From assembly GCA_963845435.1 (NCBI GenBank), contig CAWJSD010000012.1, forward strand, positions 326,141 through 390,140: a stretch of DNA of 64,000 nucleotides, written 5' to 3'. Shown one piece after another: positions 29,932-40,401 of this stretch. This DNA is from an uncultured Alphaproteobacteria bacterium (GTDB taxonomy: Bacteria; Pseudomonadota; Alphaproteobacteria; Rhizobiales; Xanthobacteraceae). Within the stretch, counting starts at the first letter, position 1. Each line of letters opens with the position of its first letter. The notes under the pieces are model-generated. The model saw nothing but the letters and a program-made list of their open reading frames with translations, did not search any database and was not told where the DNA came from. The translations under genes were made by a program, and so were the position numbers.

Positions 29932-31272
29932 ATGAGAATCTGGATTCGCGATCCGATCGCGATGCTGGCGAGTGAGGGAACGCGCGGACTGGTCGTCGAA
30001 GGTGGCAGGATCGTCGAACTGGTTGGGCCAAACGGCCCCGCCGCACGGTGCGATGAGATCTTCGATGCACGGCGGCACGTGATCATTCCGGGCCTCGTCA
30101 ACGCGCATCATCATTTCTTCCAGACCCTGACCCGCGCGCATCCGCAAGCGATCAACAAGCCGCTGTTCCCATGGCTGAAGCAGCTTTATCCGATCTGGGG
30201 CGCGCATCTGGACCGCGACTGCTTCCGGCTCGCGGTACGCGTCGCGCTCACCGAACTGCTTATTTCAGGCTGTACGACGGCATCCGACCATCTGTTCGTA
30301 TTTCCGCAGGATATGGCCGATGCGGTCGATATCGAGGCCGAGGAAGCCTTCAAACTGGGGATGCGGATGACGCTGACGCGCGGCGCGGTCAATGTCGGCT
30401 TCGGCGATGGCGGCATCGCCGACGAACGGCTGATGCAGAGTTACGATGCGATCATCAGCGACTGCGAACGCGTGCTGAAGCGATATCACGATCCCGGCGA
30501 AGGTTCGTTCCTGCGGGTCGCGCTGGCGCCCTGCGCGCCGTTCAATGTCACCAAACAATTGATGATCGACACGGCCAGGTTAGCCGAGCAACATGATTGC
30601 CTGCTGCATACGCATCTCGGCGAGACCCACGACGAGGATGCCTATTGCCTCGAACATTTCGGCTGCCGTCCGCTCGATTATCTCGAGCAGGTCGGCTGGA
30701 TGAATGAACGGGTCTGGCTGGCGCACGGTATCCACTTCGACGACGCCGAAATCGCGCGACTTGGCCGGCACGGCATGGGCGTGTGCCACTGCCCGACGTC
30801 CAACATGGTGCTGTCGTCGGGCATCTGCCGGACGCGCGATCTGGAAGCGGCCGGCGTGACGGTCGGACTGGGCGTCGATGGCTCCGCCTCCAACGACAGT
30901 TCGAACCTGATCGAAACGGTCCGTCATGCGTTTTTGATGGGACGGCTGGCCTACGACGCCTCCGCGGTGACGCATCTCGACGCCTTCCGTTGGGCGACCG
31001 AAGGATCGGCCAGGTTGCTCGGGCGCCGCGACATCGGCCGGCTGGAGCCCGGCTGCCAGGCTGACCTCGCCTGCTACACCTTGGAAGAACTGAGGTTTTC
31101 CGGATCGGGCGACCCGATCGCGGCGCTGGTGCTGTGCGGCGCGCACCAGGCCGACCGGGTGATGATCGGTGGCCAGTGGCGCGTGACCGATGGCGTGCCG
31201 GTCGGGATGGATCTGGCCCGGCTGCGCTACGAGCACGGCAAGGCGGCATCGGCTTTCCTCGCCGCTAATTAG
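29932..31272 (+). CDS. 8-oxoguanine deaminase/AtzB-like amidohydrolase
   Basis: PGLVNAHHHFFQT, HTHLGET, WLAHG, GVDGSASND. Confidence 0.88.
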   Translation: MRIWIRDPIAMLASEGTRGLVVEGGRIVELVGPNGPAARCDEIFDARRHVIIPGLVNAHHHFFQTLTRAHPQAINKPLFPWLKQLYPIWGAHLDRDCFRLAVRVALTELLISGCTTASDHLFVFPQDMADAVDIEAEEAFKLGMRMTLTRGAVNVGFGDGGIADERLMQSYDAIISDCERVLKRYHDPGEGSFLRVALAPCAPFNVTKQLMIDTARLAEQHDCLLHTHLGETHDEDAYCLEHFGCRPLDYLEQVGWMNERVWLAHGIHFDDAEIARLGRHGMGVCHCPTSNMVLSSGICRTRDLEAAGVTVGLGVDGSASNDSSNLIETVRHAFLMGRLAYDASAVTHLDAFRWATEGSARLLGRRDIGRLEPGCQADLACYTLEELRFSGSGDPIAALVLCGAHQADRVMIGGQWRVTDGVPVGMDLARLRYEHGKAASAFLAAN

Positions 31273-31511
31273 CTAGAGGGCTGGCGCGCAAACCGCCGGG
31301 CGGTATGCAATTGCACATTTTTCGCTTCTTTGTGCTCATTCCCTGATCAAGCGCGCACACGAGGCCTGAAAAGTCCCGACAACTCGACGATGGCGCTGCC
31401 CAACGGATCGGCTTGACCGGCGATTGCCGTGAATTCTACTGTCGAACTCAATTCCGGCTGCAATGGGTAAATGCCTGGCGTCGGATTCCAGCACATCTTG
31501 CGGAGTCCTGC

Positions 31512-33001
31512 ATGGCCACCAAGGACGGAAAAGCCTATCTCGCGAGTCTGCGCGACGACCGTTCGATCTATATCGACGGGCGCAGGGTTGCCGACGTCAC
31601 CACCGACAGCTGCTTTCGCAACGCGATCGGCAGCGTGGCGAGTCTATACGATTTTCAGGCCGCGCCGGAAAACCTGGAAGCGATGACGTTCACGTCGCCC
31701 GATAGCGGCGAGCGCGTCAATCTTTCCTGGCTGCTGCCCAAAACCTATGGCGACCTGGTGCGGCGCCGCCAGGCCATCGAGAAATGGTCGACCTTGTCGT
31801 GCGGCATGATCGGCCGCTCGCCGGATCATGTCGCCTCGACGCTGGCGGGTTTTCGGATGGGCCTTGCGACCTATCCGCGATTACGACCCGGCCCGCGCCG
31901 CCGCGCTGGAGTCCTATTTTCGGTACGCGCGCGACAACGACCTTTTCCTGTCCTACGTCATCATCAACCCGCAATCCGACAAGGCCAGATCGGCCGGCGG
32001 CCAGCCCGATCCGCATCTGGTGGCCTCCGTCGTCGATGAGGATTCCGGCGGCATCACCATTCGCGGCGCCAAGATGCTCGCGACCAGCGGCGTGATGGCC
32101 AACGAATTGATGGTCTCCGGTTTCCAGGCCCTGCAGGCCGGCGATGAGGCCTACGCGTTCACGGCGGTGGTGCCGCTCGGCGCCAAAGGGCTCACCCTGC
32201 TGTCGCGGCGCAGTTACGAGCAGAACGCGACATCCGAATTCGATTATCCGCTGTCGTCGCGCTTCGACGAGAACGACGCGGTGGTTCATTTCGACGACGT
32301 CAAGATTCCGTGGGACCGCGTCTTCGTGTTCAAGGACCTGCGGATGGCGAACGCCCAATGGCACGACACCAGGGCGCACGTGTTCCAGAACTATCAGTGC
32401 ATCGTCCGCCTGATGGCCAAGCTCGAAATTCCTGCTCGGACTGGCGCGCAAGATCGCCGAGACCAACAACATCATCAACTATCCGCAGGTGCGCGAAACC
32501 CTGGGCTTGATGGCGGCGAAGGTCAGCAACATCGAGGCGCTTGTGATTGCGATGGAACTGAAGGGCGAGACGTTCGGGGAATATTACGTGCCTGATCGTT
32601 CGCTGCTATGCACCGCGCAGGTGATCGCGCAGACCACCTATCCCGAAATCGTCGAGGCGATCCGTTCGCTGTCCGGCGGCGGCATGATCATGGTGCCATC
32701 GTCTTACGCCGATTTCGCGACGCCCGAGACCAACGCCATCATTCACAAGACGCAGCGCTCGCCGGTGGCGACTTCAGAGCAGCGCGTCAAGCTGATGAAG
32801 CTGGCGTGGGACGCGGTCGGCTCCGAATTCGGCTCGCGCCATTTGCAATACGAGATGTTCTACTCCGGCGCACCCCTGGTGACCCGCGGCAATGCCTTCC
32901 GGTTTTTCGATTGGGACAGCGTCAAGGGCGCGGTCGACGACTTCATGGGCAGCTACGGTCTGCCCGAAGCACGGCCGAAGCTGACCGACGCTGCCGAGTA
33001 A
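31512..33001 (+). CDS. HpaB-family two-component flavin monooxygenase, oxygenase subunit; frameshifts near 31872 and 32428
   Basis: YLASLRDDR, GRSPDH, RGAKMLAT, SRFDENDA, IPWDRVF, SEFGSRH.QYEMFYSG. Confidence 0.88.
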
Positions 33002-33007
33002 TTCATC

Positions 33008-34201
33008 ATGGTCGACCGCGAAGAGATCAGGCGTCTGGCGTTTGTCGAGCATGGACCGTCGTCGCTGCGGCTCGTGACCAATGGCCCCCTCGCCGGCCTG
33101 ACTTTCGCCGCCAAGGACCTGATCGATATCGCCGGATATAAATCCGCGTGGGGCAATCCGGACCGGTTGCGCGAGGCCGCGCCCGCGGTCACCACCGCGC
33201 CCGCCGCCCTGGTGCCGCTGATGGCCGGCGCCCATCTGATCGGAAAGACCCACACTGACGAACTCGCGTGCGGCATGTTCGGGATGAATCCGCATTTCGG
33301 CACACCAATCAATCCCAAAGCGCCCGACCGGGTCCCCGGCGGCTCCTCCAGCGGCTCGGCCTCGGCGGTCGCCGCCGGATTTTGCGATTTCGCGCTCGGC
33401 ACCGATACCGGTGGATCGGTGCGCGTGCCCGCGAGCTTCTGCGGCCTGTATGGGCTGCGCACGACCTACGGCCGCCTGTCGACCGCGGGCATCATGGCGA
33501 TGGCGCCGAGCTTCGATACCGTCGGCTGGCTGGCGCGCGACCCGACGATCTTGAAGCGCGTCGGTGAAGTCTATTTCGGGCCGGTCGAATCGACCAAGCC
33601 GGCGCGGCTGATGCTGGCGCGCGATGCATTCGACATCCCCATGCCCGAGATCGGCACCGCGCTGCTGCCGGTGGCGCGATCGCTCGGCGACATGACTGAG
33701 GTCAAATTGTTCGCGGAAGGCGTCGACTATTGGCTCGACACCTTCCGGCCGCTGCAACTCACCGACCTCTGGTCGACGCTCGGCGCGTGGGCCACCGCAC
33801 CGGGGCGGACGCTGAGCGAGGCTGTGGCCGAACGTATCGAATTATCGTCCCGGGTCGATCCGGCGAAGTATGCTGCCGCAGTCATCAGGCGCGAGGCGCT
33901 GACCGATCGGTTGACGGCGTTGCTCGGCGATGACGGTGTGCTGGTGCTGCCGACCGCGCATGACTTGCCGCCACGTCGGGACGCCCCGGTGTCGGCGCAG
34001 ATCGCATTCCGGGAAAAGACGCTGGCGCTGACCTGCGTCGCTAGCCTGTGCCGGCTGCCGCAACTCAATATCCCGGCGGCGACCGTCGACGGCTGCCCGG
34101 TTGGGCTATCCCTGATCGCCGGTCCGCGGCGTGATCAATTGCTGCTCGGCCTCGCCGAAAAGATCGGCAGCCTGCTGCCCGAGGCTGCACTCGCATCATG
34201 A
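33008..34201 (+). CDS. Amidase signature family enzyme
   Basis: KD, GGSSSGSA, GTDTGGSVRVPAS (Ser-cisSer-Lys). Confidence 0.93.
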   Translation: MVDREEIRRLAFVEHGPSSLRLVTNGPLAGLTFAAKDLIDIAGYKSAWGNPDRLREAAPAVTTAPAALVPLMAGAHLIGKTHTDELACGMFGMNPHFGTPINPKAPDRVPGGSSSGSASAVAAGFCDFALGTDTGGSVRVPASFCGLYGLRTTYGRLSTAGIMAMAPSFDTVGWLARDPTILKRVGEVYFGPVESTKPARLMLARDAFDIPMPEIGTALLPVARSLGDMTEVKLFAEGVDYWLDTFRPLQLTDLWSTLGAWATAPGRTLSEAVAERIELSSRVDPAKYAAAVIRREALTDRLTALLGDDGVLVLPTAHDLPPRRDAPVSAQIAFREKTLALTCVASLCRLPQLNIPAATVDGCPVGLSLIAGPRRDQLLLGLAEKIGSLLPEAALAS

Positions 34202-35115
34202 AGGCCAACAACGATCGCGACTTCATCGGCTATGGCAACACGCCGCCCGATCCAAGATGGCCGAACGGCGCTCGCCTGGCGCTGGTCATCGTCCTCAATG
34301 TCGAGGAAGGCGCCGAGCCTTCGATTCCGGATGGCGATCGCGCCACCGAGAGCGCGCTGACCGACGGCATTCCGACCGAAGTGCCGGCCGGCACGCGCGA
34401 TTTCGTGTCGGAGTCGCTGTTCGAATACGGTTCGCGAGTCGGATTCTGGCGCATTGCGAAACTTTTCAGAGATCGCGGCATCCCGCTGACAATCAATGCC
34501 TGCGCCCAGGCGTTGACGCGCAATCCGCAGATCGCGCAGGCCATCACGGAATACGGTTTTGACCTCTGTTGCCATGGCGATCGCTTCATCCGGCATTTCC
34601 TGCTGAGCAAACAGGAGGAGCGTGCCGTGATCGCGCGGGCCATCGCTGGACTCGAGCAAACGATCGGACGCCGCCCGCTCGGCTGGCAGAGCCGCTATTC
34701 GCCGAGTCAGCATACCCGGGCGCTGTTGGTCGAACATGGCGGCTTGCTGTACGATTCCGACAGCTATGCCGACGACTGGCCTTATTGGGTCAAGGTCGGC
34801 GAGCGGCCACATCTGATCATCCCCCACAGCTTCACCAACAACGACAACCGGCTAGCCACCGCCAAGCTCGGCACCGCGAGCGAGTTCTACGATCATCTTT
34901 GCTCGGCGCTGCGGGTGCTGCATGCCGAGAGCGCCGCCAGCCCGCGGATGATGACGGTGAGCCTGCACAGCCGGATTTCCGGTCAGCCCGCGCGATTCGA
35001 GGCGATCGAGCAGTTTCTCGATTACGCGGCCACGCATGACGGCATCTGGTTCGCCGGCCGCTCCGACATCGCCCGCCACTGGATCGAAACCCATCCGGCG
35101 GAGCCATCCCGATGA
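34198..35115 (+). CDS. PuuE-like allantoinase / polysaccharide deacetylase family
   Basis: RDFIGYG..PP..RWP, NVEEG, EYGSRVGFWR, YDSDSYADD.PYW, MMTVSLH.R. Confidence 0.85.
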   Translation: MKANNDRDFIGYGNTPPDPRWPNGARLALVIVLNVEEGAEPSIPDGDRATESALTDGIPTEVPAGTRDFVSESLFEYGSRVGFWRIAKLFRDRGIPLTINACAQALTRNPQIAQAITEYGFDLCCHGDRFIRHFLLSKQEERAVIARAIAGLEQTIGRRPLGWQSRYSPSQHTRALLVEHGGLLYDSDSYADDWPYWVKVGERPHLIIPHSFTNNDNRLATAKLGTASEFYDHLCSALRVLHAESAASPRMMTVSLHSRISGQPARFEAIEQFLDYAATHDGIWFAGRSDIARHWIETHPAEPSR

Positions 35116-36618
35116 ACACCGATGGAAGCCTGCTGCTCAGCGATGGAATGGTGCTCGATCCCGAATCCGGACGCGCCGAACGCAAGGACCTGCTGATCAA
35201 AGGCGGCAAGATCGCCGCGATCGGCGCACCCGGCACGCTGGATGCGACGACCGCCACGCGGCACCATGCGCATGACCGCCTGATCATGCCCGGCCTGGTC
35301 AATGCCCATACCCACGGCCACGCCAATCTGATGAAGGGCGTCGCCGAGGCGTGGACGCTGGAGGCCTCGCTGACCAACGGACCGTGGCTCGCCGGAACAC
35401 GCGATCCCGACACGATCTATCTGTCGACGCTGCTCGGCGCGATCGACATGCTGTCGAAGGGATGCACCGCCTGCTTCGATCTGTTCTATGAATTTCCGCA
35501 ACCGACCAAAGAAGGTTTCACCGCCGCGGCGCGCGCCTATGCGGACGCCGGCATGCGCGCCGTGCTGGCGCCGATGGTCGCCGACCAGAGCCTGTTCCGC
35601 TCAATTCCCGGATTGGCGGACGCATTGCCGCCCGATCTACGTGAAACCGTCGGCAAGTTCGACCTCGCCGGCGGCGAACGGACCATTGCCGCGATCGGGA
35701 CCATCGCCGCCGCGCAGGCCGACCTGCCTGACGGCGTCACCATGGCGATCGCGCCGACCATTCCGCATCACTGTTCGGAACGGTTCCTGCGCGACTGCCT
35801 CGATGTCGCCGACCGTCACGAACTACCCATTCACATGCACATCGCGGAATCGCGGTTGCAGGCCGTCGTCGCGCGCAAGATCTATCGGCGCTCGGCGCTC
35901 GACTATCTCGCCGACCTCGGCATGCTGCGACCGAGTTTTACGGCGGCGCATTGCGTCTGGGTCGACGAACACGATCTCGATCTGCTCGCCGAACATGGCT
36001 GCTCGATCGCGCACATCCCCGCCAGCAATTTCAGGCTCGGATCCGGCATCGCGCAGATCAAGCCGATGCTGGAGCGCGGCATCAATGTCGGCCTGGCCAC
36101 CGACGGCGCCAATTCTTCAGAACTCGCTGAGCATGCTGCAGGCGATGCGGCTGGCCTCGTTCGGCGCGCGGGCCTTTGCCGAACCGCGCGAGAACTGGCC
36201 GAAAGCGACCGAGATCGTTCGGCTCGCGACGCAAGGCGGCGCCGACGTGCTGGGGCTCGCGGCGTGCGGCCGGGTGGAGCATGGCGCTTGCGCCGATCTC
36301 ACGCTGTTCGACCTCGATCATGTCGATTTCATCCCTCCGACCGATCTGGTCAATCAGTTGGTGACCTGCGCCAATTCGGCCGCGGTCACCGACGTGATGG
36401 TCGGCGGCGCCTTCAAGGTTCGCGATCGCAAGGTGATTTCGGTCGACACCACCGACCTGCGCGGCCGCGTCCGCGAATGCGTCGCCAAACTGGCGGCGAC
36501 GACCGGTGACGCCCGGGCACTGGCCGGCCGGCTCGAGCCGCATGTGGTCGCCTTTGCCCAATCGATGTCGCGGGCGCCGCTGCCGATCGAACGTCAAATC
36601 CGGACAGAAAGCCGATGA
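35112..36618 (+). CDS. Metal-dependent amidohydrolase (deaminase-like); frameshift near 36120
   Basis: PGLVNAHTH, HMHIAES, AHCVW, GLATDG. Confidence 0.87.
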
Positions 36619-38063
36619 TGGCGGCGGAAGACAACGGTTCCGGCCTCGCCGAACTCGAGCGGCGCGTTCGCTTTGAACTGGATTGTCTGGGCTATCCAGC
36701 GCGGCCCTGGACGATGGCCGGAAATCGCGACGGCAAAGCGGTTCATGACGTCATCATCGTCGGCGGCGGCCAGAGCGGCGTCTCGATCGCGTTTCGTTTG
36801 CTGCGCGAGCGGATCACCAATGTCCGCGTGCTGGATCGCAATCCCAAAGGTTTAGAGGGGCCGTGGCTGACATTCGCCCGCATGCACACGCTGCGCACAC
36901 CCAAGACCGTGACGGGGCCCGATCTCGGCATCGCCAGCCTGTCGGCGCGCGCCTGGTGGCAGGCGCGCTTCGGCGAGGACTCATGGCGGGGACTGAGCAA
37001 GATCCCGCGCGAATCGTGGCAGGCTTATCTCATGTGGGTGCGACACATGGCCGGCATCGACGTCACCAACGACGCGTACGTCGGCGATATCGAACCTTTG
37101 GAGGATGGCCTGCTTGCGGTCCATGCGAACATCGACGGCCGCCCCGAGACCCTGATCACGCGCAAAATCGTGCTGGCGACCGGCATCGAAGGCTCCGGCC
37201 AATGGTTCGTGCCATCGACGATAGCGGACGCTCTGCCGCGCGATCGCTACGCGCACACCGCCGAGCAAATCGATTTCCCATCGCTGGCCGGAAAAGCCGT
37301 CGCCGTGATCGGCGCCGGCGCCTCGGCGTTCGACAATGCCGCAACGGCGTTGGAACACGATGCGGCCTCGGTCGAATTGCTGGCCCGCCGCACGCGGCTT
37401 CCGACGATCAATCCCAATCGCTGGATGGAATTTGCCGGCTTCCTGCGGCACTTCGGCGATCTCGACGATGCGCGCAAATGGCGCTTCATGAAGATCATCT
37501 TCGACATGAACCAGCCGCCGCCGCAGGACACGTTCGACCGATGCACGCGATTCTCGAACTTCTCCATGCAGCTCGGCTGTCCGCTGCAGGACGTGCGTTT
37601 CGCGGACGACAGGATCTGGCTGACGACCGTGTCCGGTCCCAAGGCGTTCGATTTTCTGATTGTCGGCACCGGACTAGCCGTCGATCTTGCAGCTCGTCCC
37701 GAACTGGCACGGTTCCACGATAAGATCGCGCGCTGGTCCGATCGCTATGATCCACCGGCGGGCGAGCACCATGGGCAGCTAGCCGGCTACCCGTATCTTT
37801 CCACCAGCTTTCAGTTCACCGAGAAGACGCCGGGAACGGCGCCCTATCTGGCGAACATCCACAGCTACACCTTCGCGGCGATGCCGAGCCTGGCCTGCTC
37901 GGCCGGCATTTCCGCACTCAAATTCGGCGTCGACCGGATCGCGGGCGGCATCAGCCGATCGCTGTTCGTCGAGGATGCCGATCTCCATCTGCAATCGCTT
38001 CGCGACTATGACGAGCCGGAACTCGATTCCGCCTTCGAACCACGCCACTATCAAGGAAAGTAA
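36615..38063 (+). CDS. FAD/NAD(P)H monooxygenase, HpyO (urate hydroxylase)-like
   Basis: GGGQSG, EGPW.TFARM.TLRTPK..TGP, LATG, GAGASAFD, GTG. Confidence 0.8.
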   Translation: MMAAEDNGSGLAELERRVRFELDCLGYPARPWTMAGNRDGKAVHDVIIVGGGQSGVSIAFRLLRERITNVRVLDRNPKGLEGPWLTFARMHTLRTPKTVTGPDLGIASLSARAWWQARFGEDSWRGLSKIPRESWQAYLMWVRHMAGIDVTNDAYVGDIEPLEDGLLAVHANIDGRPETLITRKIVLATGIEGSGQWFVPSTIADALPRDRYAHTAEQIDFPSLAGKAVAVIGAGASAFDNAATALEHDAASVELLARRTRLPTINPNRWMEFAGFLRHFGDLDDARKWRFMKIIFDMNQPPPQDTFDRCTRFSNFSMQLGCPLQDVRFADDRIWLTTVSGPKAFDFLIVGTGLAVDLAARPELARFHDKIARWSDRYDPPAGEHHGQLAGYPYLSTSFQFTEKTPGTAPYLANIHSYTFAAMPSLACSAGISALKFGVDRIAGGISRSLFVEDADLHLQSLRDYDEPELDSAFEPRHYQGK

Positions 38064-38069
38064 ACGACG

Positions 38070-39144
38070 ATGGTCACCGTCGATGATCGCGCCAAACGCG
38101 TGCTCGAATCCAGGCTAAAGATCGAGAGCCCGTTCCAGCTCGACGAGAGCCTGTGCCTCTACAGTCCTCAGGACAATGTCAACTCGCTGAAGCATCCGCG
38201 GATCGCGGAGTGGATCGACTACATCCAAAATGAATATCAGCCCGCGCTTCCCGATGCCGAGCGACGGGTGCTGCTGTTCATGCCCTGCACCAAGACCAAG
38301 CCCTACCCGTTTTCATCCGAGCACATGGCCATCAATCGACGACTGCTCGATGAAGGATACCGGCCCTTGAGCCGACACTGTCTTCCCCAGGAATTACAGG
38401 CCCGCCTCGAGCCGGGATTTTCGCCTGACGTTTTGAACCTTTCACCGCTGATCGATGAACGCGGCACGGTATTGCACCGGATGGTCATTTCGGAGCCGAT
38501 GGCGGTTGTTCCCTATGAACATATCGCCGAGTTTCGCGCCAAGCCTTCACCCGCGGTCGCCTATGACGACCCGGGCTTGTTCGAGAACCGAGGCAACGCG
38601 GTGTCGCCGTGGCGGCAGGACTCGACTGCCGTGCAGATGTCGGCGACGCGCTGGAAATGGGGCGACGAAGAACGCCGCGCCTACGTCACCATGCACAACG
38701 AAATGGCTCGGATTTTGGCCAATGTCGTCGCCCGGATCGGGCGACATTATACCGACATCGTGTCCTGGGTTGCGCCTGGGCTGACCCATCGCAGTTTCGT
38801 GCTGGCCAAAGACGAGCGCGCCTTCCACCATGTCTCGACCTCGCGAAAGGTCGGCGGTACCAAGCTCGACCTGATCGGCGCCAACGATCATCTCGCCGAC
38901 GGAACTCAGGATCGCCTGCCTGCCGGAGCCCGATGACTGCAGAGCCGCGATCGAACGGCTGTCGCGTCGTCTCGCAATCGACATTCCGCGCGCCACCGCG
39001 ATTTACGCGCGCGGCGGCATGAATGCCACGCCGCTTGCGTTGCCCGAACTGCTCGATGTGCTGGTCAAGCGCCTGGCCGCCAAGGATTCCAGCGTCAAAG
39101 GAAAGAAAAATCATGACCGCGTTGCCGCTGAAGATAGGCGTTAG
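38070..39144 (+). CDS. Stand-alone ArcS/DUF5591-like protein; frameshift near 38900
   Basis: LLFMPCTKTKPYPFSSEH = PCx3KPYx2Sx2H (38283-38324); HRMVISEPMAVVPYE and AYDDPG; C-terminus continues in another frame to TAG at 39144. Confidence 0.75.
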
Positions 39145-40091
39145 CGACTCCGACCGGACCCGGCCGATCGCCAGCGGCGAGGTCCCGATCAAAGGCGTCG
39201 CCGCCGAAGTGACTCTGATGGGTGTGCAGGAGCTGTTCAACCGGCAGCTGACCGAACATACGTTCGACTGCTGCGAATTCCCGCTGGCTTCCTATCTCAG
39301 GACGCTGGACCGGCCGGACCGGCCATACGTGGCGGTGCCGATATTTCCGTCGCGGCATTTCCGGTTCTCGAATGTATTCGTCAACACATCGAAGGGAATC
39401 ACCAAGCCCGCCGACCTCGCCGGCAAGCGCATCGGCATCCCCGTGTTCGACATGGCCGCGGCGGTTTGGCTTCGCGGCATCTTCGAGGATTATTACGATC
39501 TGCCGCGCACCGCGCCGATCTATGTCGCCGGAGGTCTGGAGGCCGCGCGCACCGGCGATGAACATCCGCAGTTCTATCCCGACCGTTTCAGGCATGAAAC
39601 GCGAAACGACAAGGGCCTTGCCATGCTGCTGGCCGAAGGCGAGATCGACGCGTTGTACACGGCGCGGGCGCCGAGCACCTGGCCATCCGGTTCAGTCGGC
39701 CGCATGTTCGAGGATCGGATGCAGGCCGAACTGGATTATTTCTCGAAGAGCAAGATCTTCCCACCGATGCATCTGATCGCGATCAAGCGACCGCTTGCCG
39801 AAGCCAACCCCGGCCTGCTCATGGCAGTGTTCGAGGCGTTCGCGCGGGCGCAGACCGTTGCGCGGGAACGATTGTTCGAACTCCGCCGCGTTGTCGACGA
39901 TGCTGCCGTGGCAGCTTGAAAGCCTGCTGTTCACCGAGCAGAAGCTCGGCAGGGACTACTGGCCGGTGGGCTTTGCAAAAAACCGCGCGATGCTGCAAGT
40001 GATCGTTCGCTATATGGCCGAGGACGGCCTGATCAAGAACGAGTTCTCGCCGGAGGAAGTGTTTTCGGACCCCGACGTTTTGAAAACGTGA
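39113..40091 (+). CDS. 4,5-dihydroxyphthalate decarboxylase-like protein (periplasmic-binding fold); frameshift near 39880
   Basis: DRTRPI, FDCCEF, PIFPSRHFR, AAVWLRGI, IFPPMHLI, DYWPVG. Confidence 0.8.
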
Positions 40092-40354
40092 GCCGGCTTT
40101 TCTACCCCAACAACATATGCAGGCAGCCCGTCAACGCCAGGGAAACGGTGATCGACCACACCGCGCACGCGGCGTTGGCTTCGACAACTTCAAAAACGTG
40201 CAGGATCGTCTGTCGCATCCGGGTCGCTTTCCATTTCGCACTGCACACGGCGATTCAGGACGCCGGATTTGTTGCACAGCTGATGGATTAATGCTGCGGA
40301 AATATTGAAGTTCCGTTGCGCCCCACTCCGATCGCGCGCGGAGTGGTAAATGCG

Positions 40355-40370
40355 GGGCACGAATATTGCT
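40355..40370 (+). promoter_or_regulatory. sigma54 -24/-12 promoter
   Basis: GGGCAC-GAATA-TTGCT upstream of GTG 40402. Confidence 0.7.
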
Positions 40371-40401
40371 TAAAGGTTGATGACCAACTGGGAGACGTAC
40401 C

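Noticed and set aside
31281-31297. Additional sigma54 promoter before the HpaB-like gene
   Set aside because: GG-N10-GC is present but lacks TTGC; likely chance in GC-rich DNA.
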